A DNA stretch of 63,425 nt, the filler included, from Bigelowiella natans CCMP2755 (lineage: Eukaryota; Protista; Cercozoa), in NCBI GenBank assembly GCA_000320545.1. It is 4 parts of 4 records of this genome, joined end to end, with 100 filler letters (N's around TTAATTAATTAA, not from the genome) between each part and the next. Parts side by side here need not be neighbours in the genome. Positions count along the whole stretch, not along the records: positions 15,689 to 47,403 come from ADNK01002050.1; 3 more parts are not named here. One strand, 5' to 3'. The notes under the pieces are model-generated. The model did not search any database and had not been told where the DNA came from. It was given only the letters and a program-made list of their open reading frames with translations. Below, one piece after another: positions 16,150 through 29,578 of this stretch (positions are counted from its first letter, which is position 1; every line of letters starts with the position of its first letter). The position numbers and the translations under genes are program-made.

Positions 16150-16327
16150 GTGTGTGTGTGTGTGTGTGTGTATAATATCAATATATGTAGGTCACGCATG
16201 TGTTGAATATTTCAATTTACGTCGTTTACCCATTTTTTCCGATCTTTCCAGATATCAATGTTTTCTTTTAAGGCACTGTACTCGTCGGTGTCGGGAAGCT
16301 TACTTAGGTGACTTATGTAAAATTGAA

Positions 16328-19217
16328 TCATCTGCGGAAATCTTTCATCAGATTAGTGCATCTCGTATTCTCGAACACGATAACCTTAGGATACTGAGAC
16401 TCCATATCTTCGACGGTCAAACAATAATCTGTATATTTATCGCAATCACTTTTGGAGAATTCCTTTTGGAAGAAATTGTTAATCTCCAATAAGGAGCTCA
16501 ATTTCGTTGCATTTTTTTTCAATTTCTTTGCTCTTTCTTTTTTCCCTTTCGATTTTTTTTTATCCAAAGTCTCGGAGCACTTCAGCTCGATATCCTGTAT
16601 GAGTTTTTCCACTGTTCGACAACATCAAATTTACCACAGAAAAGGAAACAAAAGCTCGTCAGCGATAAACTTGATGTTTATTCAGGTGCTAAAACCTTGA
16701 TGGCTCTTAAAATACTTTCTCTCTATGTTTGGCTGCGGAAACTGGTGCATCAAATATTCCCTGTGGCCGTTGGTCTTGTCTGAGCGATATCGATCATCTC
16801 AGTGCAAACAAATTGACACTACTCCGTCTCATACCATCAATATTCTCCTCGAAACACAGCTCCTTTTTCACCAGGATTTCTTTTGTTAACTTGGATGGAT
16901 CGATTCCGTCAGGAAATGATGGGCCAATTATGAGAAATCTACTTGGTTCATTTTGGATTCGGAGAAATTCCATAAGCTTCCTATTTTGTACAGAATTGGT
17001 ACCTACAGTGGAGATCAAATTACGATTTAATTGGTAAGTGATTATATTCGGACGAACAATGTTAAACTAGTCGATTCTTAGATTATTGAGGAAAAGTAAA
17101 AGTTTCATTTCGAAAATTGAAGAATCTTATTTCCTAATTGTGCAGGAGCAGCTTACATGGTGTCGCCGATATTGCATATCGGAAGTCTGCTCCGATCTTA
17201 TCCACGAAGTCCAGGATAGTGTTCGATCTTGTATCATCACCAGCTAGAACTTCATGTACTTCATCAATCACTACTCGGCGAAACCGAAGGTGTTGAAATG
17301 CAAAAAGCTTGTTCTGAAGGCTGAGCTTTGAAACTGGGACTGCCCAATCTTCTGTATTTTCGAGCGCTGTCTTCTGCCGCCCAGGACTGAAAATTAGCTT
17401 ACCTCTCAACTCCGACTTCTTCCATTTCCAGTCCCCATTATATGGATCTCTCGATGTAGCCAATGTCTTCTGGTAACAGACCTTTTGCTGAGAGCAAGCA
17501 TATTCTTAGCTACGGTAGAGTCAGAACGAATATTTCAAAGGACCTGATTTTGGGTGTATTTTATTTTAATACACATCCATTTTTCCTTGACTTTCTTGAA
17601 CAAGATAAGGATACTTTTTTCATCATTATTCTTGTAAAATAATTCTCCTTCATTGTATTTTTTATATTCTCCCGTGAGGCTATCCACTTCCCTTCCATTC
17701 ATGGGTTCTCTTAAGTCCATCACAGGAAGATATTCTTCATCTTCCTCACAATCAAAGATCTCCTCTAAATCTCCATACGTCATTTGTTCATCTTCGTTCA
17801 AAGTCTGAAACTTCGGTAACTCATAGGTGAGGAGCGAAAAGTGCCCACGCTTAAAAATATTTGCACTTAGAATGATCAAATGGGCATCACAAGCTTTTTC
17901 GATCGTCAATTTGAGACAGTCTACTATTCTGTTGATTCGGAGAACTTTGATGGCACCCTGCAATAGATTAATGTGTGAGAGAAGATAATTATCACTAAGC
18001 TATTATTCTTATTACTAGGCTTAGTGTTGAGGATGATAGACCTTAGGCGAAAAATGTCTCCTGCATTCTGATTCCCACTGATGTGTAATCTTTCGAGGGG
18101 TGATGACCAACGTTGCCCGTGAACTGAAACTTGTTACTTTGCCTTCTTTGTCGAAGTTTATCCCAGACTGATTCTGCTCCCGGATTCTCTTTATGATGTG
18201 TGCAAGGACAAGAAGTGTCTTCCCTGATCCCATCTAATTGTAAATGAACAGTTTAAGTCAAATATGCCATCCTATGTCGAGAAAGTTCAATCTGACCGAC
18301 CCTGCTTGCAATTATCCTTCCTTTTATAAACTTGCCTCTAGAATCCCTTTTCCCAGTCAGTCTTTTGCTTTCATTCTCTTCTGAGCGCCTCATAAACTCA
18401 ATACCGTCCCTCTGAATTGGATTCAGTTTTCCCTCCACTTCGATTTCGAATTCTACTTCCTCCGTCTCCAGGAATACTGTATCCGTAGTTTCCTGAAAGA
18501 AAATATTGAGAGAAACATAAACGAGATGCACTGAAATACGCGGTTGCGGCGTGAATAACCCGCTTCTCCGCCATTAGCCTCGCGTCCTTTCCACCACCCT
18601 TCGCGTTCACGGTGTCTGGTATGCTGCTTTCATATGCCCCACATGCCCTGCAGGAAATGGCCGACTCTTCGTTGATAAGAGTACATCGGGCACATATCCA
18701 AGAGGTCGAGCACATTTCCCTTCCAGTCATTGAGGGAGGAGGATGAGCTGCGGAGGAGGAGTTACTTCTACCCCTCTTCGAGTCCTGATTGATAGAAGAC
18801 AAAACGTTGAGTGGAAAGAGGTGGAGGCGGGGAGTAGGAGCGAAGAAGGGGGAGGGTAGATGGAACCTGTTTAATGTCAGTCTCTGTTGGTCCCGCTTTC
18901 GAAATCTTTTTCGCTTTCTTGGTCTTCAATGAACTTCGTCGTCGAATTTCCGTAGCACTCCTCTTCTTCTTCTTCTTCTTGTTGTTGTCCTTCTTATTGT
19001 TTTTCTTCTTATTGTTTTTCTTCTTTTCTAAGTCGTCGTCAAAGTCCCTAGCTTGATCGGGCTCGCCATCCTCAATTGCTTTTGCTTTCTTGGTCGATAG
19101 ACTTTGTCGTCGAATTTTCGTAGCACTTATCTTCTTCTTCTTCTTCTTCTTCTTCTTCCTCATTTCGAGTCTCTGAAATTCTTCTATAGACAAACTGTCT
19201 CCCGAACTGTCGCTCAT
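16328..19217 (-). CDS. SNF2-family (RAD5/16-like) ATPase N-lobe protein with Lys-rich N-terminus and RanBP2-type zinc finger
   Basis: WICARCTLINEESAISCRACG (RanBP2 finger), Q-motif LNPIQRDGIEFM, motif I MGSGKTL, Ia ATLVITPRKITHQWESE, II FRRVVIDEVHE, III RYAISATP, split across GT-AG exons. ATG at 19217 (MSDSSGDS). 3' end approximate. Confidence 0.75.
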
Positions 19218-19981
19218 ATTCTTCGGTTTTCGGTTCGAAGAGAGAAGGGAGAAGGTAGAGGATGCAACAGCAAGTCTCGCACAAGAGGCCAGATACTTTC
19301 TGTGTGTGGCTTTCGAACTGACCTCCAATTAGATAGATTTACGGTAAGTGAAGAGTACCAACGTGGGTAGAATAACCACATTGCATTGGATTTGCACCTA
19401 GCGTCATCGTCTTTCCCCAGAAATCGAAGAAAAGCGTAACCGGCCGAAGAATTCTTCGGCCGGTTACGCATGTTGTTCATTTTTTCAATCATGCTTTCAG
19501 CGGAAAACATGCAGACGACTGGGTGCGACTAGTAGAAAAGGGAAGAAGGGAAAAGGGCCGCCGCCTCTGTTCAATGGTACGACAAAGGTAATCCAGGTAA
19601 TCCAGGTAATCCTAGGTAATCCTGTGCAATCATCACTACACGTGGTAACTGTACGGTACCTAAATAATCCAAAATCTCGTTGATCTAGAGTCGTAGATCT
19701 TGCAGATCTTGTTTGCGGTGGGAAAGATTCGGAATCTTGATGACGACACATGTCTCCAAGGGGATTTTATTTTGAAAGACATGCCAGTGGTAATTTTTGG
19801 AAGTGATGTGCACTACCAGATGACCGTAAAGACACTGCACTTGCTTCCGGAGAAACTCGAAGTGAAACGAGATACTTTTGTCAGGTGCGACAAAAAATAT
19901 GGCTTAATATGTGGAAGGAATCCCCTATAGCCGAAGCGTTGGTGCTCCCAGCCACTGTCACACTCCGTTGGGTTTGAGGCA

Positions 19982-21161
19982 ATGCAGCTTCTATTCGTGC
20001 TTCTCTCCCTCCCTGCGTGTCTGGCTTCCTGGCGAGACCCACAATTTGCCATCAACTCCTCCGTAGATGCGGTCTCTTCCTGCTAAAAAACACACAGTTA
20101 GGCTACTCAACGAAGTTACCTTTTTTTCGTTGTTTTCGTCTCTCTGGTCAGGCCCAGAGCTTCCCAATTTCTCTGCTTGCTGAATCATTTACCAGAAGTC
20201 AATCAGGAATTAGCGTGTAAGTGCATTTCACCTCATATATTTGACCCGCGATTCATCATTAATTGTGCATACGTGATAGCGTTTCTCAAAAGCATGGGAC
20301 TATGGGAATTTACATCATTGCTCTGGAGAGTAGAAAAGAATACGCCATCTCTACACTCAAAGAGTTTGGGTTAAGAGAATCAACAACTGTTGTCGATGCT
20401 GTCAACCGTGATGCATTCGAGATAGCTGATCTTGTTAAAGCTGGGAAGGTGACGATTTTCCCCGGAAAACAATAGTAGCATCATTTCTTACTTGATCCCA
20501 TTCTCTGTCTAATCAGCTTCGCGAAGGATTCGAGCCAGCCCTAAAGAATTGGGAGTTTCGTCGCAAAGGGATCGTTGCATGCGCTCTTTCCCACCAAAAA
20601 GCAATGAAGATGTTTCTAAAGGATAAGACCCTTACTCACGCTGTTATTTTTGAAGACGATATCATTCTCCAAGAAGGCATTAGGGGCCGGATTGCACGGG
20701 TACAGGGCAAGGATCCAGGTATTAAATAGAATATAAATCATAAATTAGTCTTAACCAAAATGTTTTCCGTAGAGAACATAAGTATTCTCAAGTACCTGCA
20801 TGATCTGGCTAAATCTTCGAATCAAGAGCCTACATGGGATGGACTAAATCTCGGCATCTGCAGTAAGGAATGCGGTGACACTGCTAAAGTACTTCCAGGA
20901 AGGATCAAACTCATTCAATCTTCACAGCCTTATTGCACCCACGCATACATATACACGAGGCATGCAGCTGAAGTAGAACTCGAGGCAAACATTCCAATCC
21001 ATCGCTCAGAAGACAGGATTCGCGTGGATCTCATGGAAAGTGGCACATTCACATATCTATCTACGGTTCCACGCATCTTTGATCAGAATCCGGAGGATGA
21101 CGCAACCGGAGAGAAATCCATTCACAAAAAATCTACACTTGATATGCCGATATGTCATTAA
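19982..21161 (+). CDS. Glycosyltransferase family 25-like protein with N-terminal signal/anchor
   Basis: Leader MQLLFVLLSLPACLA. GT25-type motifs IYIIALESRKE, VDAVN, GIVACALSH, AVIFEDD, WDGLNLG and CTHAYIYTRHAA. The first splice junctions phase correctly. Confidence 0.8.
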
Positions 21162-21947
21162 TTTGGCAATTATGTTTCAATTTGTTTAAGAGCGTTATGC
21201 TTGGCTGTAATTTTTCTTTGGGGGAGCCAATAGACTTAGACCGATCGTTGGTTAACTAGAATAAAATCTTCTGCGAGAATAAACGCTGGCATGATGACTT
21301 CTGATGAAATGCTTCATGCATCATGCCATGCAGTCTCATTTGCTACTACCATAACACATGTCAATAATGTGGTCTAAGCTACAGCAAGTTAGTACACAAT
21401 AGCTCCCACTGCATGCATGTGTAGCCCACAACCACACAAACATGCCTAATGCTGTATGCTACGTGTCTAGATGTACGACCCATGCTAGCATGTTAGCATG
21501 TAGTAAATAATGCATCTACACTAGACTAGTAGACTCTGAACATGAAAAGAATGCCCATATGATCTAGCGATGTACACATAGCGGGTCACGATGCGATGTG
21601 AGTATCGTACAAGCGTACGTCATCAAAGAGGGTACGACACTGCGCATATTCGTGTATGCACAGCAACAGCTACTCTTACTTTGATGCACATAACTAGATG
21701 ATCTAGTACAATGTTGAATGTGTGCATGTAAAATGCAACATGAATCATCCAGAGATCTAATGCCATGTATTCAATCTAGATGTAACTAACAACAACATTA
21801 GCTTGTACCTAGGACAGTACGAACACATACATATCTAGAGATGTACATGTCTAGATCTAGAGATGTAGCGAGCTTCATCCACTACCGAACTACATTTACT
21901 AAACATGGAAAGAATGTAGGAATAACTTCCAAATTTCCAAGCAACTA

Positions 21948-22703
21948 TCAGCTGTAGCCGACTTTCCCTAGTCTGGAGTCCGTTTTAGGGTTCGCTGTTA
22001 TCATTTGGGCTTCCACCAACCCTCTGTTTATTCCCCTTTGCAATGTTGCCAACCTATTAATGTACATCAGCCGCAAGATTCTGCAAGCGCGGTCAAGATC
22101 CTTATCACCAGTCGTGAACCCAAGGTCGCATTTTGAGTAGTCTGCCTTTTCCGCAGGAGCACCAGGTCCATTCTTGCGCATGTTCGCAAGCGTCTCGCGG
22201 CCGAATTTGTTTTCCAGTGTCGAGCACACCGCCTTTGCAAGGGCCTTCGTGTTCGGACGGTCCGAAATCTTCAGCAGATCAGCAATTTCATGTAAAGTCT
22301 CGACAACAGAGCTGTCTTTCAGGTTGCACTTGGCAGAAAGATCCTCCGGTTTCCAGGGGATGCTCTGGCTGTTAAACAATTCCTTCTGGTCGCTGTACTC
22401 CGCGCTCACTGCCTTGCTGAGCATCCAATCCAACACATAGAGAGTTTCATCCTTTTCTCCGAGTAACTTTTTGGTAGGGGCTGGGTACTCAAGGTCTTTC
22501 AGGTATTTTATGAAGGCGGGCTCCCATGTCTCGTCCTCATTCACTTTGCGCAGGGGCTTGCGATTCTCTATGGAGTAGAGCCTAATCTTCGTTTCCTCGA
22601 GCCATACAATGAGGGTTCTGTACTGACGCTTATCAGTAGGGTCGAATCGATCCCAGTGAGGGTACTGCAGAGCTCGTAGCTTCCGCACGAACCCTCCGGG
22701 CAT
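21948..22703 (-). CDS. RTRAF: RNA transcription, translation and transport factor (CGI-99/C14orf166; tRNA-ligase complex subunit), intronless
   Basis: FVRKLRALQYP, LIVWLEETKIRLYSIENRKPLR, LGFTTGD..LDRACRILRLMYI and the conserved C-terminus ITANPKTDSRLGKVG. Confidence 0.92.
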   Translation of the reverse strand: MPGGFVRKLRALQYPHWDRFDPTDKRQYRTLIVWLEETKIRLYSIENRKPLRKVNEDETWEPAFIKYLKDLEYPAPTKKLLGEKDETLYVLDWMLSKAVSAEYSDQKELFNSQSIPWKPEDLSAKCNLKDSSVVETLHEIADLLKISDRPNTKALAKAVCSTLENKFGRETLANMRKNGPGAPAEKADYSKCDLGFTTGDKDLDRACRILRLMYINRLATLQRGINRGLVEAQMITANPKTDSRLGKVGYS

Positions 22704-23125
22704 GGTGGGAGGGGACAACCTCTGCTAAAATAGGATTCAGCTGTGATGTCTTCTGGACATCTAAAATACGGAAAACATCTAAAAATACTTTTCGACGATA
22801 AACATGCAGCGGCACAAAAATATTCTATTTTCTGCGTTAGTCATCAAAAATGAAATAGGAAGTTTTCCGCATGTAAAGTTATCGTTCTTTCCTTGTGGGG
22901 GTCTTTTCCGGTAAACAATCTCAACATAAAACATCCCATGTGTTGATCGGATCCGAAACTCAAACCGGAAACAATCACGATTATGTCATGCGACGAGCTA
23001 TGAATATTGTCGCAGGAAATAAATCATCGGGATTTTCACCATATTCACTGAGTCCTCGTATTATCACCACACCCTACTCTCCGGTCCATCCACTCCCATT
23101 CCAGAACCCCCCTCCTCTTTCCAGC

Positions 23126-24729
23126 ATGTGCTACAGCAGGGTGGCGCAGCGCTTTCGTGTGGTCACGAGGTGGAGAAGAGGTGGACGACAAGCTACCTCC
23201 AGTCGTCTCGCCACCGTAACCACCACGCCCCTGCCAAACTGGCCAAAATTGCAGCAGCCGTTGACCGTGCCGACGGCTTTAAGAGGTATTAGCATCGTTC
23301 CAGCAATTCTGCAGAGGCTTGGCCCTTATCGCATGGGGTCCGATAGTTCTGGTACCGCGCGCTGTTTCAGTAGCGGTAGGGATCACACTTAGCAACAGCC
23401 TCCCACGTAAGAACGTTCTGGTTTGACCTGCTCTTCGAATTCTCAGAGTCAAAGTCGTCGATGATGCCATCGCAGGAGACGATCCGAGAGATACAGCTTC
23501 TGAACAGTGCGTAAAATTGGATTCTGCAAGTGAACTTGTTTAAATGACGCTCTTGCTGTGGTCCTCTTCGTGTTCTCTATCCAGAAAAGGTCAGCGCGAT
23601 GCATGCGGAAGGGAAGTATGAGGCAGCACTCCAAGTGGCGGAGGAGTCGCATTCCCTAATCATAGAGGTAAAATGTCAGCGTGTACAGTGTATTTCGCTC
23701 TACTATTCGAATCACAACATGTCACCGAACCACCATGATCATCACAAATGTATGAACTATGGTCAGAATTACGGAGAAGAGCACACATTTTGCGCCTCGA
23801 TAATCAATAACAAGGCTCTCATCCTGAAGCAACTGGGGAAGTTGGTAGCCCTCTAACTGCAATAAGATCAGATACAGCATTTTCGAGACCAGCAGACAGC
23901 TTAGAGCATACCCTCTTTTCTCAGGAGGAAGCGAGCAGGCTGTACAGCAAAGCACTTGCAATTTACGTGCTTGGAGTCGGAACAGAGCACCCATCATACG
24001 CAACGGCCCTTCACAACAAGGCGTTCGTGTAAGTGCCCTGCTTCTATCAGTTATTTGTAGTCTTTTGCTGCATTCCCATCCTCTCCTTCTTGAGGGTAAT
24101 TAATCGTGATTGATTCGCATGCACGTTCGTTGGTATTGCTATCAGCGAGAGGCTTCAAGGGAACGTGGAGGAAGGAGTGCGGTTATTCTCGAAAGTACAT
24201 ATTCTACGAAGAGAAGGAGGAGGAGGGGGAGGGGGGGGGGGATATCCTTTGCTTCTCTTGTTGAAAAGAAATCGTGTAATATGTCTCTTCATCTTCTCCT
24301 TCCTCTTCTTTCCTGTGGGAGCAGGCTTTGGATATACGAAGAAAAGCCCTCGGTCCCGAGGTAGTTGTGTACACTGCTCTGCCCCATCATTTCCTCCCCT
24401 ACTACTCTACCTTCCAAGTGTGCCGTGAGATTCTTCCCTGCTCTGTTTCCGCAGCATTCGGACGTGGCTGTCACGATGCATAACCTAGGGGTAAGTGCCG
24501 CTCATAGCCAACTAGCTCCTCTGTCACTTTCCATACCATTTAACCTTGTGTGTTCGTTGTTTATCTCGCCGTGCTCAGCCTGTGTGTCTTTGTGTGTGTG
24601 TGTGTGTGTGTATGTATGTACATTTCGATGTACTTTTTCCTGTGGCGCTTAGAGCTGCTCGAGGGAGCTTGGCAACCTAGAGAAAGCTAAGGATCTACAG
24701 GTCGAAGGAGTCATAGTCGGCCAGGAGAG

Positions 24730-24769
<40 letters not shown>

Positions 24770-24953
24770 ATGTGTGTACGCGCGCGCGCGCGCGTATGTG
24801 CTTCCCGTTGGCTATTGCTTTTTAACTTGTAAATGCTTAATGGACACGTGAGGTCGCTTCCTAATCGATGTGCGCGTTTATCAGGAACAGGCATTGCTAA
24901 TTTTGCGCCGCCGGTTGGGGACCGAGCACCTAATCACGGGTACGAGAGAGAGA

Positions 24954-25005
<52 letters not shown>

Positions 25006-25738
25006 TTCTCAAAATATAGCCAAATTTCCAATTTTGTGAGTAGCTGTTGGACCCGGTGGTGATTGGCAAAAAGACGTACCGTGTCTCTGTGTGTGTGCAG
25101 TGAGGCTGATAATCACCTTTGTAATCGCCGCGAGCACTCTCCGCTGCAGATTCACATCCCGTATTATTTGTGGGAGGAACGAGATCGGTGTCGGCTTTAG
25201 TAGCGAATTGAAAAACCTGACAAATTTCTACCCGTCACCACCCCCTCGCACAGCTGGCTGCATGAACGCGCTTGGGCTGACTCTCAAGCAAACGGAGGAC
25301 TACGATGGCGCTGTGAACATGTACGCAAACGCTCTCGGGGTCCAACAAAGGGCGCTTGGAGTCCGGCATCCCGACGTAATCACCACGATGCATAATCTTG
25401 CAGAATGCTACTCGGGCTCCGGAGATAGTGAGAAGGTGGCTTTTAGATCGCGCACACGCTCGCACGCACACAAACTAGACAAACATCCGGTGTGCGGGTG
25501 GAGCGTTTTGTTACTGTTATATCTCTGTGAGATGTGGATCTGTTGCCCATGCTCAGCCTCTGGGTATGACGAAAGCATGAGCTGTGTACGCATGCTGAGG
25601 GGGCTTTGTACATGCTTGTAATCTCTCTCCCTCTCTCTCTCTCTGTGTGTGTGTGTGTCTGCGATCTATATTCAGGCAAACCGAATACGGGATAGCATTC
25701 TGAAACTCCTTGAAGAGAATCAAGAAACCCTAAGCTAG
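23126..25738 (+). CDS. Kinesin-light-chain-type TPR repeat protein with Arg-rich (mitochondrial-like) presequence
   Basis: Repeats such as YGEEHTFCASIINNKALIL, LYSKALAIYVLGVGTEHPSYATALHNKA, EQALDIRRKALGPE|HSDVAVTMHNLG and YANALGVQQRALGVRHPDVITTMHNLA. N-terminus MCYSRVAQRFRVVTRWRR. Stop TAG 25736-25738. Confidence 0.8.
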
Positions 25739-26431
25739 CTGTAGTAGTGATTAGGACGCCGAAGAGCTTCGCATGGAAGATGCATGCGATAGCTGCGAGC
25801 GTGGTATGTGCTCATCATGTGCTTTCTACACCGCAAATACCGCTGCATCCTCCTGTGTGCAGACAGCTTTGTCATGAAACGCATGCTAGGTCAGACAATG
25901 TAGACACGCGATGCGCGCAGCTAATGTCGAAATTTTGTCTTCACACGCCGATCCACGTGCAATTTGTGTCCATGTACATATGCACATGCATGAGGCAAAC
26001 GCTCCATGGACACCATTGTGTCCTGCACTTAGGAAATGTCCGCAAATTCAGCATTCTGTAGCAGGCGCAAGGCGCAAACTACCACATAAGCAAGAACACT
26101 TCTAACAGGGCAGCGCTGTGCACAAGTGAGCTACATGCTAAATGAGCGAAAGTCGACTCAGCAAGCCTACACGCACGTGTTCTGCCACATACATACACAT
26201 GCTGCTCTTGCTACACAGCATACAGCTTTCTTTGTTGAATATCTGCGCTTAGTACGTTCTGTCATAGCGCCATTGCATAACGATATCTTTGCATGAATGG
26301 TAACGGCGTGGTCGTACGAATAACGATTATAATTTAGCGTCATCGTCAACTTGCGGCGCTACATGACAACATTAAGCACTCTCAAATCTTCCATGCCGAC
26401 CTACGTACGCTGCGTATACCATTTCACATAT

Positions 26432-27097
26432 TTACAACACGGTTGCCTTCTCGGTCTCCTTCACCAGCGCCATATCTTTTACCTGACAACGGATACTTCG
26501 GATGTCACACGCGGGGGGGTTCAGCGCGATAAGGTAGTCGGGGTTGGGAGGAGGAGGAGGAGAGCAGAATGATTAGAATGGTGGGTGGCAGGAAGGACCG
26601 ACCTCCCAGCCTTCATTTGTCTTGAGCCTTAGCATCATGTCGTGGAACGCCTTCAACGAGGGTCGGTGTCCAACAGAAACAACTGGGAGAAGAAGAAACA
26701 TAGGGGAGATAGGGGAGATAGGGGAGAGGGGGCAAGGAAGAGAGTATCATTCTCGTTTCCACACATGTGCTCTCCGTAGTGGGGGTAGAAGGGGCAAAAA
26801 TCGCTGCTTATGCTCTGCGTGCGTGCAGGGGGAAGTTGTCGCTCAGTCAGCCAGTCGGCGAGTCGGCGAGTCACCCGATATTCCTGAGTTCCACTCTTCC
26901 ATGACTTTGTACATCGTCTTCTCCGTTTCCAAGTCCATTGCGGATGTCGCCTCGTCCAGGATTGCGAGTGACTAACAATCGCGAAGAACGGTCAGTCGGA
27001 ACCGATGCTCTATCAGCTCGGAAGACAGATGAAGCGCAGTCATTACTACCACTGTCCCTCACCCTCAATCTCATCATATATCGTCGTCATCACCACC

Positions 27098-27131
<34 letters not shown>

Positions 27132-28738
27132 TCACCAACATCATCATTTTATCACGAAGAACCGGATGCGCGTAGAGGAGTCGGCCGAAGGCAAGCCTCT
27201 GCTGCTCTCCCAGCGACAGAATCGACGACCAGTCCTGCACCACGTCCAATGCGCGTGCAAGCTCGGCTTTCTCGTCGCCGCCGCTACTGCCACTACCGGC
27301 CACTTTCGACCACTTTTCTGCCAAGCCTGTTAGCTTCACCTGCAATGCAATGTGGATGGATGCGTACATGCATAAGCGGTGGCATCACCATCATCATCAT
27401 CATCATCATCATCATCGTCATCATCATCGTCCATCCATCCTCGCCCATCCATCACCCCATACCGCATCGAGAATCGCCAAGAGCTCTTCGTCCTCGCTCG
27501 CGTAGTTTTTGGTCTGGCGGCGCTGGCGAGACCCGCGCCATTTCTCCTCCCCCGGGTACTTGAGCTGGTCTCGAAGGCTGCCCAGCGTGCAGTACGGTTT
27601 CTGAGGGAGGAAGAACACCTCGTCGTTGTTAGGTCGCACCACGCTGCCTTTCCCCGCCCTCCACAACCCCGCGATCGCTCGCAGCAAGGAGCTCTTTCCC
27701 GTGCCTGACTCCCCAACAATGAGTAGCTTGCTCCCGCTGGCCACCTGGTGGATGTGATGACAAGGATGACGATGAATGACGATGATGATGACGACGGTGA
27801 AGGGATATGATGGAAGGGGGAAACGGAATCATGCACCGTCATCATGGACGATAGTACGAGCAAACAAGACGATCTGACTTCTGAGTATATTCCCGCCTTT
27901 CCCCCCCCCCCCCCCCCCCCCTCCTTCCCGCTCTCCCTCCTCTGTTTCTGTAATCTTTTTACATCGAAGCTGAGGCCCGAGCACAGGGTTCGGCGTCGGT
28001 CGGGCGTGAGCACGGAAACATCACGGACGGAGAGGACGTTAGAATGGCCTCTCCCCCCCCCCTCGTGGCTGCTGGTATCCCAGCCCTGGGGCAAAGTCTG
28101 AACGGTGATGGCCTGGATATCACCCCCGCTCGTGAAATCGTCTCCAACTAGAGAGGCGATGTCAGATAGCACAGAGTCAGCTTCCAGCTTCAGCGCGTCT
28201 GCTTTGCTATCACTACTGCTATGGCCTTTGCCAGCCCCCGCCCCACTCAAGGACGACGGCTGCGGTGGCGGCGGCGAGGATTGGAGCAAGGGCATGGCTT
28301 CGCGCACGCCCGCCAGCAGCGTCTCGTTCATAGCCTTTGGGAGAGCCAGAAGCGAAGATGACGCCAGGGGAGATGCGGAGGAGGCGGCGGCGGCGGAGGA
28401 GGAAGACACCGCCGCGAGTAGAGAAGATGTTGTGGGCAGTGTAGATGCGCTTGTTTCCCCTGATTCCCCTTTCCTCTCTGCCTCTCCGCGTTGTTCTTTC
28501 GCCTCCGCAGCCTCTTTGAGCATGCGGTCAAGCGCCAATCTGGCCGCCACGCGGTCCTCTCGCTGCAGCGCCTCGACGAACTCGCCCAGGCGGTCTATTC
28601 CCGCACCGAACCGCGCCAGGTCCTCGAATTGATTCACGATCAGCGAGAGGTCGCCAAGGATGTGGTTGAAGGCACTGAGGATGATGGTGATGGTGATGAT
28701 GATGACGATGATGATGACTGGTGATGACAACGACGAGG

Positions 28739-28773
<35 letters not shown>

Positions 28774-29472
28774 ACTCCTTTTACTACTTACTACTACCAC
28801 TACTACTACTAATGCTATCACCAATGATTGCGAAAAATAGAATGATGCTTTTGGTCATGATGGCGCATTTCAACTATTGCATTTCATGAAGACAGTCGTC
28901 TTAATAATCGTGAGAAAAGGATGGCCCGAAGATGATAACATCACCACTACACTCCGTCCGTCGCCACCACCCATACCACCCCATCAGCAAATTTCTGCAG
29001 CACGCAATCACCACCGCCCCCCCGCCCCCACCACCTGTAGCTCTGTGAAACCGAGCCTAGCTCCACCGCGCCCTTGAAGTACAAAGGCGCAACGATGGTC
29101 CCGGGGAGAATCTGAATCAGATAACGGTACGATGTGGTGAAGAACTCGAGATTCCTCTGCTGACGAATGACTTCGGCGATGTTGTCGGTAAGCCGTCCCA
29201 GGCGCTGCACCGCTTGCTGCTGCTCCTGTTGCTCGCCCCCGTAGAAAGCAATGGACTCGGCGTTCTCGCGGAGGCGCATCAGTGCGTAGCGGAAGTCGGC
29301 CTCTCTCTGCAGCTGCTCAAAATTGAGCGCGGCGAGCTTTTTGCCAATACTGGCCTGTGTGTGTGTGTGTGTGTGTGAGTGTGTGTATGTGTGTTTTGTG
29401 AGGTGGAGTCGCATACTTAGTCGGTGATCGAAGAGAGTGCATCTACCATCACATTCTCTGCACAAATCCGTT

Positions 29473-29513
<41 letters not shown>

Positions 29514-29539
29514 TTTCTCTCTCGTTGTGCATGTGTGTG

Positions 29540-29578
<39 letters not shown>

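Noticed and set aside
19586-19623. GGTAATCCA-type 9-10-nt tandem repeat (about 4 units) and the 54.8-kb TAGGAACTAC array as CRISPR-like or telomeric arrays
   Set aside because: No unique spacers, degenerate short units and a eukaryotic context; these are ordinary minisatellites.
28105-28632. Plus-strand 175-aa and similar antisense ORFs over ABCD, RTRAF and eRF3
   Set aside because: Shadow ORFs opposite well-supported coding exons.
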